DNA of 64,000 nt from Azolla caroliniana (Eukaryota > Plantae > Polypodiophyta). The stretch covers positions 8,122,001 through 8,186,000 of the forward strand of contig JBHGNT010000005.1 of the NCBI GenBank assembly GCA_043228905.1, in the 5' to 3' direction. A model generated the notes under the pieces. That model was given only the letters and a program-made list of their open reading frames with translations. It ran no database searches and was not told the DNA's origin. Positions 36,097 through 49,191 of this stretch are shown here, piece by piece; within the stretch, counting starts at the first letter, position 1, and the number at the start of each line of letters is the position of its first letter. The position numbers and the translations under genes are program-made.

Positions 36097-39000
36097 GCCA
36101 GTAATTTGTGATGTATTTTTTCTGTCATCGTGAGCTTTAGATCATCCATCAGTCAGTTGGCATATAACTTAATGCAAAAGAGAATTGGAACAATATTAAT
36201 TGATGTTTCTTGTGAATCATGCATGGATTAAACAGAGTACTATGGCTTCTAATCCATCCGGATCAATCCGTTCCGAAGCATCAATTCATCAATCCGGAAG
36301 ATTTGGGATGCATATCAAGTAGTGGGCAAAGCATAATTAGTACTCAATCCAGTGTTAGTAGAAAAATTAATTAACCGTTTGTCATGAATTTCTTAATTAT
36401 TACGGTGCACACTTCCAATATATTTCCGGCAATACTGATGAAATTTCTTTGTACCGGGGTAATTACCCGGTGCATTGGAAAACAGCCCATTGAGTCATAC
36501 GTTAAGATGCGTTAATTGCTGCAGGGATTCCTGCAGATCGTATAATTATAATGTCAGAACTCAAAGCCACTTAACGTTTTGCATCTAATTATCCACAGAC
36601 AAACCCTAATTGTTGGATGACTGAACCCATTCGATCCAATTTTTCTGAAATTGAATAATGAATCCTCTCATGGTGACACAGAGTAGAAATTTTAGCTCGG
36701 AGATTCTACCACGAGATCATCACGAGGGCGGAAGCCCTGCGTTCAGGTGAATTATTTATATCTTACTCGGATTGAGAATCATTTACCCACGATATTATAG
36801 CAGTCAATTATACTCATATGGATTAAATTTAGTTAACGCTAGTTGTTGATGATGATCTCAGCTCTAATATGGCATTGAATGCTGAAGAATCGAAGAATCC
36901 GGAACATGATGATACCGATGGATTGATAAATGTTGGATTGAATGCTAAAATTGATGGGTCGGATCGGGGCATTACGATGGATCGAGCCAACGAATCGAGA
37001 CTCTTTATGGTTGTGGGCATCAACACAGCTTTCAACAGTAGGAAGAGGAGGGATTCCATAAGGCAAACTTGGATGCCAAGAGGTGAATCCAATGATGCCC
37101 ATAATCATCTTCTTAATTATAATTCGGGAAATCAGGGGAGATCTTTTAAATGGCTATGCAAAATTCCAACATTGTGAGCACTCTTCTGGATTACTAGTTA
37201 ATATTGGGTTTTAATCCCCGGCAGATTAGTGCTTCTTAATGCATCACATTCCCGATCGAAGTTTGGTTAAATTGTTCCAAGGTATGCTTCTAGTCAAGTT
37301 CCCGAGGTTAAATTGTTTGGAAAAAACTATTTAGGTATACTTCTCATCATGTTCACGAGGTTAAATCGTCAAGAAAACCTATCTAGGTATACTTCTCGTC
37401 AAATTCCCGAGGTTAAATCGTCGGGAAAAACTATCTAGGTATGCTTCTAATCAAGTTCCCCAGGTTAAATCTTCAGAATAAAGTGTAGGTATGCTTCTGG
37501 TCAAGTTCCCAAGGTTAAATTGTCTGGAAAAAACTATTTAGGTATACTTCTCGTCAAGTTTCCAAGGTTACATAGTCGGGAAAAAGTATAGGTATGCTTC
37601 TAGTCAAGTTCTCGGGTGCCCCTGCCCCCTAGACACAAAGAGGCTTTCTTGAAGTCTTGTTGCTAGTTGTAAAAGTGTCGTGGTGCCTCGTCTTTCTAGG
37701 GACGTATTGACTTGTCCTCCATAAATGGGCTTGTTTCTAGTAAAGTATCGAGGTGTCAATAATGGGGTATTGTTTTCCATTTATTTTTAAGATGATGACA
37801 ACAAAAATTGAGAGCCGAACAAGGGGTATATTGTTTCTCGTCATGTTGTGGTTACTACTATTCTTTTCTTTCTCAAGCGATAAGGCGATTATAAACCCGA
37901 GATGTTGATATAAGTGTATGTTTGTGGAAATTATGTATCGATGATTATTATTATGTTTTCTTTTACACCAGACAACCAAAGATACATGAGGAGTTGGATA
38001 GTGGGGAATGGGGGAGTCTGAGACATATGTTTCTAGTAATGTAGTGATCATTACTCTATCAATATTCATACATACTACTAGTTACTAGTAACTACTATGT
38101 ATGTGATGAACATGATTTGAAGGTAAAATATATTCAAGTAGTGATAGTTTTAATGCATCTCCACTTGTTATAGCCTTTATTTGAGTCATAAATCCTTGTT
38201 CTTATGCACATCAATTGTTGTAGGTGAAAAATTGAAGAAGCTTGAAGAAGAGAAGGGCATCATCATTAGATTTGTGATTGGCCATGGGTAGGATTTTTAT
38301 ATATTTATTGAAATTTTACTATATGTAGCTGTCATGATTTGATCATTTTATTCGAATTTAGTGAAATAAACAATTAAGATTCATCATTTATATGTATAAA
38401 GGCAGTTTCCAATTACCATACTTATTATAGTTATTTGACAAAGTTACCTTGTCCACATGTTTAACTCTATCATAACTTTATAAATAATTAGCATTCGTCA
38501 CATATATATGTAGATGTGTATGATTGCAATATTACATTACCATATTCATGATAGTTATTCGACAAAGTTACCAGGTCCATAGATTTAACTGTATCTATTA
38601 TAACTTTATATTAGGTCCACAAATGGCGGGATTCTTGACCGCGCTATTGAAGCCGAAGACTCGCAACATCATGACTTTATGATATTGGTGAGCTAAGCTA
38701 ACGAAAGATGATTACTTGCAATTAGGAACTAAAGTATGTTGATCATGAGTGGTTATATATATAGAGTGACAAAGTACACATGTATGGTTAGCTCTATGGC
38801 ACTTAAAGGGGTGTAGTTTCAACATATAATAACCTTCATGTAGATACCAAAGGTTATGTTGTTGCACTTAACATATGTATATATTTACAAATGATGTGAT
38901 CATGACTTCAGGCACACACCGAAGGGTATAATGAATTGTCGGGGAAAACAAAGCTTTTCTTCACAACTGCAGTTTCAATGTGGCCTAATGCTGAATTCTA

Positions 39001-40019
39001 CATAAAAGTGGATGATGATGTGCATGTCAACATTGGTATACTAGTTAATACAATCTTTATATTCATATATATACATTTTATAATATTCAAGGAGACACTA
39101 AATATGTATATACACATATATAATTAGGAACCCTTGCTGTGACATTAGCTCAACACCGAACAAAACCTCGTGTGTATATCGGTTGCATGAAATCGGGCCC
39201 CGTCCTTGCAAAAAAGTAATCTAGTAATGGTTTATCCAATATAATTCCTAGTTGTAAATTATCACCAAATGTGTGTTGGCATTTTAATAAACTTGTACAT
39301 AGGGGTGTGAGGTATCATGAACCAGAGCATTGGAAGTTTGGTGAATATGGAAATCAATACTTTAGGCATGCTACGGGACAAATCTACGCCCTCTCAAGAG
39401 AGTTGGCACTTTACATATCAAAGAACAAGTAAGTCTAAATAAATGATAAATCATGGGAAACTTGGATGTGGCTTCCAATTGATCATACATACATATATAA
39501 TATATATCTATGGAGGGCCTTTGATTATAAGTTAGATGGGATGTGCTTATAGGCATTATACACTTCCCACATATATACTGATCAAAGCTCGCAATATATA
39601 CACATATATGTATAATGAAATGCCACATTGGAAGACTTGGCCACCTATATGTTTTGAAGTTGTTGTCATGCAATTGAAGGGACATATTGCATAAATATGC
39701 CAATGAAGATGTATCTCTTGGAGCATGGTTTCTTGGTCTAGATGTTGATCAAATTGATGAAAGGAGAATGTGTTGTGGCACTCCCCCAGGTAATTCCAAT
39801 GTCTAGTTATAACTTTCCATTGGTTGTCAAGAAATATTAAGGTTCCCAACCATTGAGCTTTTTGTCATAGATTGTGAATGGAGGCGACAAGCAGACAATG
39901 TGTGTGCTGCATCATTTGACTGGTCATGTAGTGGGATATGTAGTTCAGTTGAAAGATTGCATGATGTTCATAAAAGATGCAATGAAGGACAAAAAGCTTT
40001 ATGGAGTGCAAGTTTCTAA
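35969..40019 (+). CDS. Beta-1,3-galactosyltransferase, CAZy GT31 family (type II membrane protein), spliced; about 426 aa in the proposed model
   Basis: Exons: 35969-36096, 36236-36353?, 36696-36746?, 36833?-37082, 38224-38287, 38615-38687, 38912-39035, 39128-39215, 39303-39428, 39680-39789, 39871-40019; intron phases are consistent. Motifs [95 protein letters not shown]. Exons 2-4 in the stem region are uncertain. Confidence 0.93.
36833..37082 (+). CDS. GT31 exon (end of stem, start of catalytic domain); 5' boundary uncertain
   Basis: ...[29 protein letters not shown]|gtgaat. Confidence 0.85.
37265..37616. repeat. Intronic minisatellite, about 50-53 bp x about 7
   Basis: AGGTAT(G/A)CTTCT..TCAAGTTCCC.AGGTTAAAT recurs at about 37281, 37333, 37386, 37438, 37488, 37541 and 37591. 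Confidence 0.92.
38224..38287 (+). CDS. GT31 exon
   Basis: [20 protein letters not shown]; AG/GT boundaries. Confidence 0.93.
38615..38687 (+). CDS. GT31 exon
   Basis: [24 protein letters not shown]; AG/GT boundaries. Confidence 0.93.
38912..39035 (+). CDS. GT31 exon (DDD motif)
   Basis: [17 protein letters not shown]...[13 protein letters not shown]. Confidence 0.95.
39128..39215 (+). CDS. GT31 exon
   Basis: [28 protein letters not shown]. Confidence 0.95.
39303..39428 (+). CDS. GT31 exon
   Basis: [31 protein letters not shown]. Confidence 0.95.
39680..39789 (+). CDS. GT31 exon
   Basis: [22 protein letters not shown]...MCCGTPP; AAG acceptor. Confidence 0.93.
39871..40019 (+). CDS. GT31 last exon
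   Basis: [24 protein letters not shown]...LWSASF*. Confidence 0.95.
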
Positions 40020-42281
40020 GCTTCTATATCACATCTCATCTTTTTGGTACATATATTATACATACATACGTGTGTCCCGGAGACATACAAATACTAGTAT
40101 CTAGTTCTAAATTCACTTGACGATTTTATAACCTCCAATTTATGACATTCATGTTGAATGTATTATCAACCTATTTTTTATAAATGCCCTCAATGGGAGA
40201 AAAATATGAAATAAATTTGTGCCATTGGAAGCACAAAATGGTTAATTCATGATTTTCATCTCATGAAGAATTAACATCGATATTAGATTAATGAAAACTA
40301 TTTAGATATTTTTGTCAAGAGACTAATATTTTGAAGTGATATAACCTCATACAAATGAAATAGGACAGGTAGGCCACAATATAACACATATCCCATTGTT
40401 ATTAAATTTAATGCTGTGGAATGAATTACATAAGGCAACATATAGTTCAGATGTCTTGGATTCAATCTCATCACCAATTCACAACATAAGCAATATTTGG
40501 TATGTCCCTACCTTTTGCTTTTGTTTCTTTAATATTGTTTTTTTGAGGCTTTCACTTTAATCCCTCCTTTTTCTTTCCTTTATTTTAGTCTTGCTCTCTA
40601 CTGTCTCTACAATTGACCTTTACATGATCTATCTCAAAAAAAATCATGGCCATTGATTTTAAGTTGGCTCACCTACATACGACATATAAGAGGCCCCACA
40701 ACCCACTTAAGCCCATCTAAAGTTCTAGTACATGATTGGGAAATGTGCTCATTGAAAGGGATCATTTTAGAGCCTAGGCCTGAAGAACTAGGCTCTAGAC
40801 AGTGGGACACACCAAAAATTGCGCAGGAAAAGAACGAGACACCCACTCCACAAACACATAGGATTCATTGTTTGGTTAATTTCTCAACAGACAAGTGAAC
40901 AAGACAATATTTGTTTTTGGTCTCATAGGCCACGTGATACATCTGCCTATTGTGTTCTCACACATTCAATTGACGACAAAAGAAAGAGAAGGAAAATTTA
41001 CCAAAGTAAGCCTATATATAGTACAAATTCAAAAAGTATGGTCCATAAAGAACATGAAACCTAAGAGTAAGCTATTTTGAAAGCTATAATTTAGTATCTA
41101 ATTATCTCAATTAGGAAAAAACCACTTTCTTATTAACACATTATGATTTTGAGTAAATTAGTTATGACATGCTTAGTTTTGAATTAGAGAGTGATTAACA
41201 ATCACATATTGTAATTAGTAAACACAAAATTCAATTTATGTAGATTAAACTTCATAATCCCATGTGTATATATTTGGCAAGTTCTAGCCATGTCCTTAAT
41301 TCGCAATCTATGCAATATCACATATGGCAAACCTAAGACCATGTAAACAAAGTGGATGAGGTTTCTTATATTTTTACCGTGTCATGCACTTTGCCACTCT
41401 TGAGCACAAGATTATCCACCTCTTGTTGGAAGATCCCTCATTGACATACAAGTACTTATCAACATAGGTCACAAACATAGGAATAAGCATCTCATGTATA
41501 ACTTCTAGTAATACTTACTAGCAACAATCACATTTAATTAGTTCATTGCAACATCTAGGAAAGTAGACATCATATTTTCCTAATATTATTACCCTTGATC
41601 TAGTAGCTCCCGTTATGGGAATCATCTCACACAACAAGCGTCATTAACCACACCACATTCATTACAATTATAATCCATTACCCCTTCAATAACTTTAACC
41701 ACATTTTTTGACTCAACTTCCTATCATACATTTGGAAAAAAAGAACATTTTTAAACATGAACTCAAGTAATTGACAATTTCTTTGATAAATGCGACAAGT
41801 TTTCTCAAACAAAAGCCTCTAATATATGGATGGACATCCACATTTGTTATTATTGTGGGGTATTCATAGGGGAGGTCATCCACTTGTCAAACTCATTCTC
41901 CAACAACTCTTAAATGCTCATACTTAATCTATTTGATGTTGTTATCATGAACAATACTATAAATATGTAGGGGTATTATTGTGCCCTTTTTACCAATAAG
42001 GTGACACAAAACATCACAAAAGGTGTGTGATGCTAATTGTGACATTTTGCATCGTGTGTGTGTATATGTATGTATGTATGGTTGTGTGTATGTATCTATG
42101 CATGCAATATATGGGTATTCAAAATTCCCCTTGACATATATTCCCTTAGTTGACGTCAATTACTACCGTCAATGAAGAACTAAATGCACATTTCTCATCG
42201 CATCAATCTTATTCTTAATCAATAGCTTTGTTCTGATTGGAATCTTGATAACACTTTATCACTTATATGAGACAAAGATTA

Positions 42282-42440
42282 TGTTGTGCAAAATTATTCA
42301 AAGAAAACAACAAGATACACAACAAAAATTATGCATGATACACCACAAAATTTTAACGTGGAAAACCCTCAAAGAGGTAAAAACCACGGGACCTAGTCTA
42401 GAAAAAATTCACTATCAACATAAAACTTGTACACCAAAAG
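42282..42440 (-). repeat. Fragment of a copia-type LTR end (U5)
   Basis: Begins TGTTG; carries ACGTGGAAAACCC...AAAAACCACGGG as in the family A LTRs. Confidence 0.6.
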
Positions 42441-43299
42441 CAGAGAGGCAGAGATGGCAAGATGTGGTTTAGGGTTGCAGAGATTGTCCTGAAAGTAGAC
42501 GATCGAGACGAAGCTCCTCTCATCCTTAAGTGCCAGGTATGTCTCGTCCATTAAGGTGTAGGGTAGGAGTAGGATACACAGGAATGCAGAAACATGTGGG
42601 CAAAATGTGGGCAAAGGATCCAACAGTGGGAGTTAACGCATCAACGGCTGCAATTAAGGTAATAGCGACAAGGGTGCTCGCTGTAAGGTCGGTGGAATCG
42701 AGGTACACATTGCAAGGTGGGAACAAGGATAGGGAGAAGCATCAGGTGGCAAATGGGGGGCGTAGGAAAGTAGATGAGATGTTGAAAGAAACAGGGCAAA
42801 ACATTATTGGTGGAGATAGGGGGATATGTAAGGAATCACTCAATCTATCAGATAAGGTGGGCTGAATGGAAGAGCATGATAGGGCTCCTCTCAGTAGCAA
42901 GGTGGCAGCGGTCTTCACCGTTGAATGCTCAGAGGATTTGAGAGTGTGGGGAGTGCTGGGGGGTTGGAATAAAGAGGTTGGGAAGCAAACAATTGGGGGG
43001 GATAATTCCAGCCATGCATTATGGAAAATGATGAGTGAGGGGAGGCTGTGGGGGCAGGCAGGCGGATCGTCACAAGGGTTGGATGGTGTTGCGGAGTTGG
43101 ACGCCACGGAGGACATGTTGCAAGTAGAAAATCTTCTGCAGGAATGTGGGCACGTGCATACTGCATGCCCGAAAGGGGGTCACGATAAGGATATGGACAG
43201 GAAGGAGAGCTCTGAGTTACTAGAGGTTTTTTTGTCCGAGGATGAAACTAAAATTTTGAATGTAGAGATTGAAAGATTAAGGAAATGCTCGTTCATTTG

Positions 43300-43770
43300 T
43301 ATTGAGCGAGCAAGCTCAACCGGATTCGGATCGGCGGAATAAGCCAGAGCCGGATTGGCATCCAGAAGGATGAGCCGGATTGGTATCTGGAAACAACCGG
43401 CCGGATCGGGGAGACGGATCGGAGAGCCGGATTCGAGTGCAAACCGGAAGCTTAGTAGTAGCCTAGACTACTAGTTAATCATTGTCTTGTAGTTAGTGTC
43501 AGTCGCTCGTATGAGCATTGAAGTACATAGTACTTCTGTCAGTCCTTTTGAGGACTTGTATAAATAGTGTTGTTTAGCACGTTGTATGCAGAGTGTTTCA
43601 GAGTGATATTTTGAATTGAGTTTATGTTTTGCTCTCTCTCTCTCTCTCTCTCTCTCCCACACGTATTCCCTGTGTTAAGTTCTCCATTAAACCTTTTCTC
43701 ATTTTCTCATTTTTCTGTTGCTATCCGGCTGAGCTAGTTTCTCTAACGCTTCCGCACGCTAACTTTTACA
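43300..43770 (+). repeat. 5' LTR of copia F (471 bp)
   Basis: TATTGAG (TG mutated)...TTTTACA. Confidence 0.92.
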
Positions 43771-46700
43771 TGGTATCAGAGTGCAAGGGTTGAGAACCTC
43801 TACAACCGACAGACGCTTTCGAAGACAAACCCTAATAACCGGTAACAACAGATAGAGAAAGGTATGGACAGAGGTATGGTGAATTCACTTCCAACAGAGA
43901 AGCTCGACCGGAGCAACTATGCGTCCTGGTCATATAAAATGCACCAGTACTTGGTGGGGCATGGTTGGAGCTACGTGGAAGGAACTAACGAGGTAGCATT
44001 GGAGCCGACACACAATGACTTCTTGGTATGGGAGCAAGGAGCGAGCCGAGTATTGTATTGCCTCACGTCCTGTGTGCACGATTAGATGCTCGGCTACATA
44101 AAGGATGCAAAGATGCCGAAGGAGGCCTGGGAAGATCTACGAAAGATTTTCGCTGCGAGTACCACAGCCCGTAAGTTGCAACTCCGGCAAGAGCTGAACA
44201 ACATCTGGCAAAGAGACATGTCGGTTACGGATTACACCACCAAGATAAAGGAGATTTGTGACGTACTCGGGTCCATCAACGTGACGGTGGACAAAGAAGA
44301 GATGGTACAAATCTACCTCGGTGGTCTAGCGCAAATGTATGGGCCAATCCGGACAACGATCTACACCCGGGAGAAGCCATTGTCCTTCTTTGACTTGCAA
44401 TCAATGTTGATGCTCGAAGAAAACCACGCGAGTGGGTCCAATACCACTCAATCGGATGGCCGGATGCTGTACACGGAGACAGATTGGCCCCATGGACGTG
44501 GTGGACGAGGTGGGTCGGCACGCAATGGAGGTGGTCGGCTTGAGCAGGACCAAAGGCATAGAGGTAGTGCCGACGGTAGTTCCGGACCCTCCACAAGCAG
44601 GGGTAGTCAAAGTGGTGCCGGAAGCTGGCAAGGCAAAGCCGACACGGAATGTTGGTATTGTGGCAAAAAGGGCCATAGGGAAAACGAGTGCTGGAAGAAG
44701 CGCGCCAATTTGGACAAATCCGGATCCGGCAAGGCCGGTCGGGTAAATCGACAAAGCTTGCACTATGCAAAAGGATCGGAAGGATCTAGAACCGGGAAGA
44801 CCGGTAAAGGGCCAGCCTTCGTGATGAAGCACAAGGCTAACTCAATGAAGAAGACTACTTCCAAATCGGAGGAAGTATGGTACTTTGATTCCGGAGCGTC
44901 CAACCACATAACGAGCCATGAAGAGTGGTTCTCTTTTTTGGAAAAAATGGAACAACCGGGGATTGTCGAAACCGGAGACCACACTTCTCACCCGATTGTG
45001 CATGTCGGAGAAGCCCCTTTAAGCCATGTCGAACAAAAGGGGAAGCTGATGAATGTACTATGCGTTTTGACTATCACAAAGAACCTGGTGTCGGTTGGAC
45101 AAATTATCGACTAGGGGATGCAGGTGCGGTTTACGCAGCTCGGGTCCTTCATCGAGGAAGAAGGCCGAATAATCGCGCAAGGGCGCAGGGAAGGGAGGAT
45201 GTTCATCCTCAACACACATGAAGTAGGCACCGCCATGTTTGCCAAAGGACAGAAGATTGAATCAGACATTGATCTCTAGTTTAAGCGGATCGGCCACGTC
45301 AACTACCGGAGGCTTCAGGACCTGCAATTGAAACAAGTTGTTTTCGGTTTGCTGAAATTTAGCAGCCGGAAGGCCAAAATTTGTGAAGCCTTCCAACTTG
45401 GGTAGCAACACTGGCTTCCATTCCCCACCGAACAAAACCGGAGCCGTAACAAGCTCAATCTAATACATTCGGATGTATGGGGACCGGCACAGAACGTTAG
45501 TCTTGGCAGGAGTTGATACTTTGTCTCCTTTATCGATGACTACAGTCGACACACGTGGATTTACCTCATCGAACGAGAGAGCGAAGTATTCGAATGTTTC
45601 CCGAACTTGCAAAGCTTAGTAGAATGGGAAACGAAGAGGAAGATCAAATGCATGTTGTCGGATGACAGAAAAGAATACTTTTCTAGCCAATTCAACAGTT
45701 ATCTACAACAAAACGGAATTCGGAGAGAATTCAGCTGCCGATACACACTGGAACAAAACGGTGTGGCAAAGAGGAAAAACCAGTCGATTGTCAATGCAGC
45801 AAGGGCAATGCTAGAGGAGAAGAGCATGCCCCAATCCTACTGGGCTGAGGCGGTCCGGATGACCGTCTACATCCAAAACCGGATCGAAGACAAGGTGTCA
45901 GCACATGAGCTGTATTTCAGGCGGAAGCTGAATTTGAGGCACCTTCGGATATTCGGTAGCATAGCATACGTGCATGTACCGGATGAGAAGCGGAGGAAGC
46001 TGGATCCAAAGTCGGAGAAGTGCATACTCGTTGGCTACTCGCATGAACAAAAGGGGTATAAGTGTTATAACCCCTGACTAAAGAGGTTCGAGTAAGTTGA
46101 GATATCGAGTTTGAGGAGTTCGCATCATGGTACTCCCTACCGACTCCAACTCCAGACGAAGACCCGATTCTGGAAGATGAGGCTAGTGAGCCCGAGGAGG
46201 TCCATGAAGAAGATGAAGAACTCGACACTCTAGAAGAGAGTCCGATCTCATTCCGGCTAAGTGGACCGAATGAGGGGCTAAGTCGGGATGACCAATCGGA
46301 TGAAGAACCGATGAGTAGTGGAGACTTTGCCGTGCTCTCCCCGCGCAAGGAACTGAGGAGACGGTTCACGCCTAAAGAGACGGGGAAGAAGAAGATGCCG
46401 GAATACGACACCGGCAGTGAAGGGTCGGATCGGAGCGAATCTGACCCTGGAAAGGGAGAAGGCGGATCTTTTGGAAGGAAGTCCGAACCAACCAAGAAGG
46501 GCCTCAAACTGGGTAATGAAAAGTTACGCCGGTCAACCCGTCAAAAGAAAACTGTCATGAGGTAAGGGTACAATGAGTACATGGCACATCACTATGCGTA
46601 CATGACCAAGGTGGCGGAAGTGCGTGAGCCAAAGAGCTACGCAGATGTGGCAAAGGACGCAAATTGGCGTGTCGCAATGGAGGAAGAAATGCAGGCACTC

Positions 46701-48773
46701 GATGCCAACGACACATGGGACCTCGTTGACCCTCCTCAACAATGTAAACCGATCGGATGTAAGTGGGTGTACAAGGTAAAGTACAATGCTGACGGTTCGG
46801 TTAGTGGCGAAGGGATACACGTAGACTCATGGAATCGACTATGACGAGACCTTCGCTCCGGTAGCGAAGATGACAACGGTTCATGTAGTACTGGCGGTTG
46901 CATCCTAACCAAATGGATGTGAAGAATGCATTTCTTCAAGGTGATCTTGAAGAACGGGTCTATATGATCCAACCCCCTGGTTTCCAATCGGAGATGAACA
47001 AGTCAGCAGTGTGCCGACTCAAGAAGTCGCTTTATGGTCTGAAGCAAGCCCCTTGAGCTTGGAATACGAAGATCACACAACGGTTGCGTAAGATGGGGTT
47101 TGCGGTGTGAAAGTTTGACTCTTCATTGTTCATTCGGAATAGTTTGGAAGGTCCGGTTTGCATGTTTTGCTTTATGTAGATGATTTATTTATCACCAGAC
47201 CCAGACTCGTTGAAATCGGCCGAGTGAAGCCCCAGCTGTCGGACGCATTTGAAATGAAGGAGCTGGGGGACCTTCATTATTTTCTTGGTATCGAGGTGAT
47301 CCGAACCCTTGATGGCATATTTCTCTCACAATGCCATTATGTGTTGAATATGTTGTACAAGTTCGGCATGACGGAATGCCGACCGATCTTTACACCCCTG
47401 GATCGGAACCTGAAGCTACGTCCCGAGTCCGGACCAATCTGCGATGAGAAACGGTTCTGAAAATTGTCAAAAGCCTCATATACCTGACAATCACTCGACC
47501 TGACATCAGTTACCCGGTCGGAGTGATCAACCAGTTCATGTAGAACCCGACCGTCGAGCACCTTCAGTGCGCACACCAAATACTCCGGTATGTTAGCGAC
47601 ATGAAGGATCGGGGATTGTTATACCGACACGGTATAACTAGGAAGCTAATCGGATATACCGATGTCGATTGGGCTGGTGATGCATCGGATCGCCGATCCA
47701 CCTCTGGTTACATGTTTTCTCTTGGTAGCGCGGCTGTTGCATGGAGCAACAAAAAGCAGCCAACAGTGGCGCTGTTGAGCACTGAGGCTGAGTACCGGGG
47801 CGCTACCATTGCCACCTGTGAAGCCATCTAGCTTCGGCGACTACTGCATGACCTCCGGATTGAGCTATCGACCTCGATTCTGATCCACTGTGACAACATG
47901 AGCAACATACAACTCGCCAAGAACCCTGTATTTCATGCTCAGACAAAGCACATAGAAGTACATTATCACTTTGTTTGTGAGCGGGTTCTGAGCGGTGAAG
48001 TTGAACTTCGGTATGTTCACACGGATCAGAAAGTTGCAGACATCTTCATCAAGCTGCTCGGATCGGACAAGTTGCAACACTTTTCAGAGATGCTCGGCAT
48101 TCAACATCTCGATGTGCCGCACTTGAGGGGGAGAAAAGGAAAGGGAACGGATGGCATCGAACAAGGAGTCGGAGAGGAAGAAAGAACCAACAAAGGGGGA
48201 GACCAGAGGAAAAAGGGGGCCGAGTCGACAAAGGGAATCGGCACATCCGAACAAGTCGGAATGAGCAGCAACGATGACAGAATCAAGAAGGACAGAGCCG
48301 ACCGGAAGGAGAAGGCCAAGACCCGAACATGGTCTGATGTGGTGAAGGGCTTGAAACCGGGAGACGAGTTGGAGAACACCGACTCGGACAAGAGCCGGAA
48401 TGAATCAGGAGCGACCGATTCAGACAAGAGCTGGAACGAATCGGAGGAAACTGATTCGGTTCAAGATTCGGAGAAGATGGATCAACTAAAGGCCAACCGG
48501 ACGAGAAGGTAGCGGAAGTCGACACCGACACAGAGGAACTGATGGATCGACAAGCGCCGGAGTCATAACACCGAAGGAGCTGAAATGGGCCTGTTGAGTA
48601 AACAAGCCGACCAAGGAGGTCGAGGTGCGCAGTACCGGACGGGTCGTGGGAAGCGGAACCGGACCGGACGAGGAGCACAAGCAAGGCGGACCGACGTAAG
48701 GATCCGGGTGGAAGGACCGATTGCCGCAAACACCAACACCACGATCCGACCTCAAGTTGAGCTTGAGGGGGAG

Positions 48774-49191
48774 TGTTGAGTGAGCTAGCATCTGGATACC
48801 GATCCGGCCGGATCGGGGAGACGGATCGGAGAGCTGGATTCGAGTGCAAACCGGAAGCCTAGTAGTAGCCTAGACTACTAGGTAATCATTGTCTCGTAGT
48901 TAGTGTCAGTGGCTTGTATGAGCATTGAAGTACATAGTACTTCTGTCAGTCCTTTTGAGGACTTGTATAAATAGTGTTGTTTAGCACGTTGTATGCAGAG
49001 AGTTTCAGAGTGATATTTTGAATTGAGTTTATGTTTTGCTCTCTCTCTCTCTCGCTCTCTCTCGCTCTCTCTCTCCCCCACGTGTATTCTTTGTGTTATG
49101 TTCTCCATTAAACCTTTTCTCATTTTCTCATTTTTCTATTGCTATCTAGATGAGCCAGTTTGTCTAACGCTTTCGCAAGCTAACTTTTACA
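48774..49191 (+). repeat. 3' LTR of copia F (418 bp)
   Basis: TGTTGAG...TTTTACA after the PPT; lacks about 60 bp present near the start of the 5' LTR. Confidence 0.92.

Larger units (their letters stand above)
43300..49191 (+). mobile_element. Full-length Ty1/copia family F, degenerate
   Basis: LTRs 43300-43770 and 48774-49191; TSD ATTTG (43295-43299, 49192-49196); PBS TGGTATCAGAG from 43771; gag CWYCGKKGHRENEC, PR FDSGAS, IN, RT YVDD, RH TKHIEV. Confidence 0.96.

Noticed and set aside
37193-38083. hAT insertion in the intron with TSD ACTAGTTA
   Set aside because: No terminal inverted repeats inside the putative TSDs
40650-42200. Short ORFs downstream of the GT31 gene
   Set aside because: AT-rich, no recognisable domains
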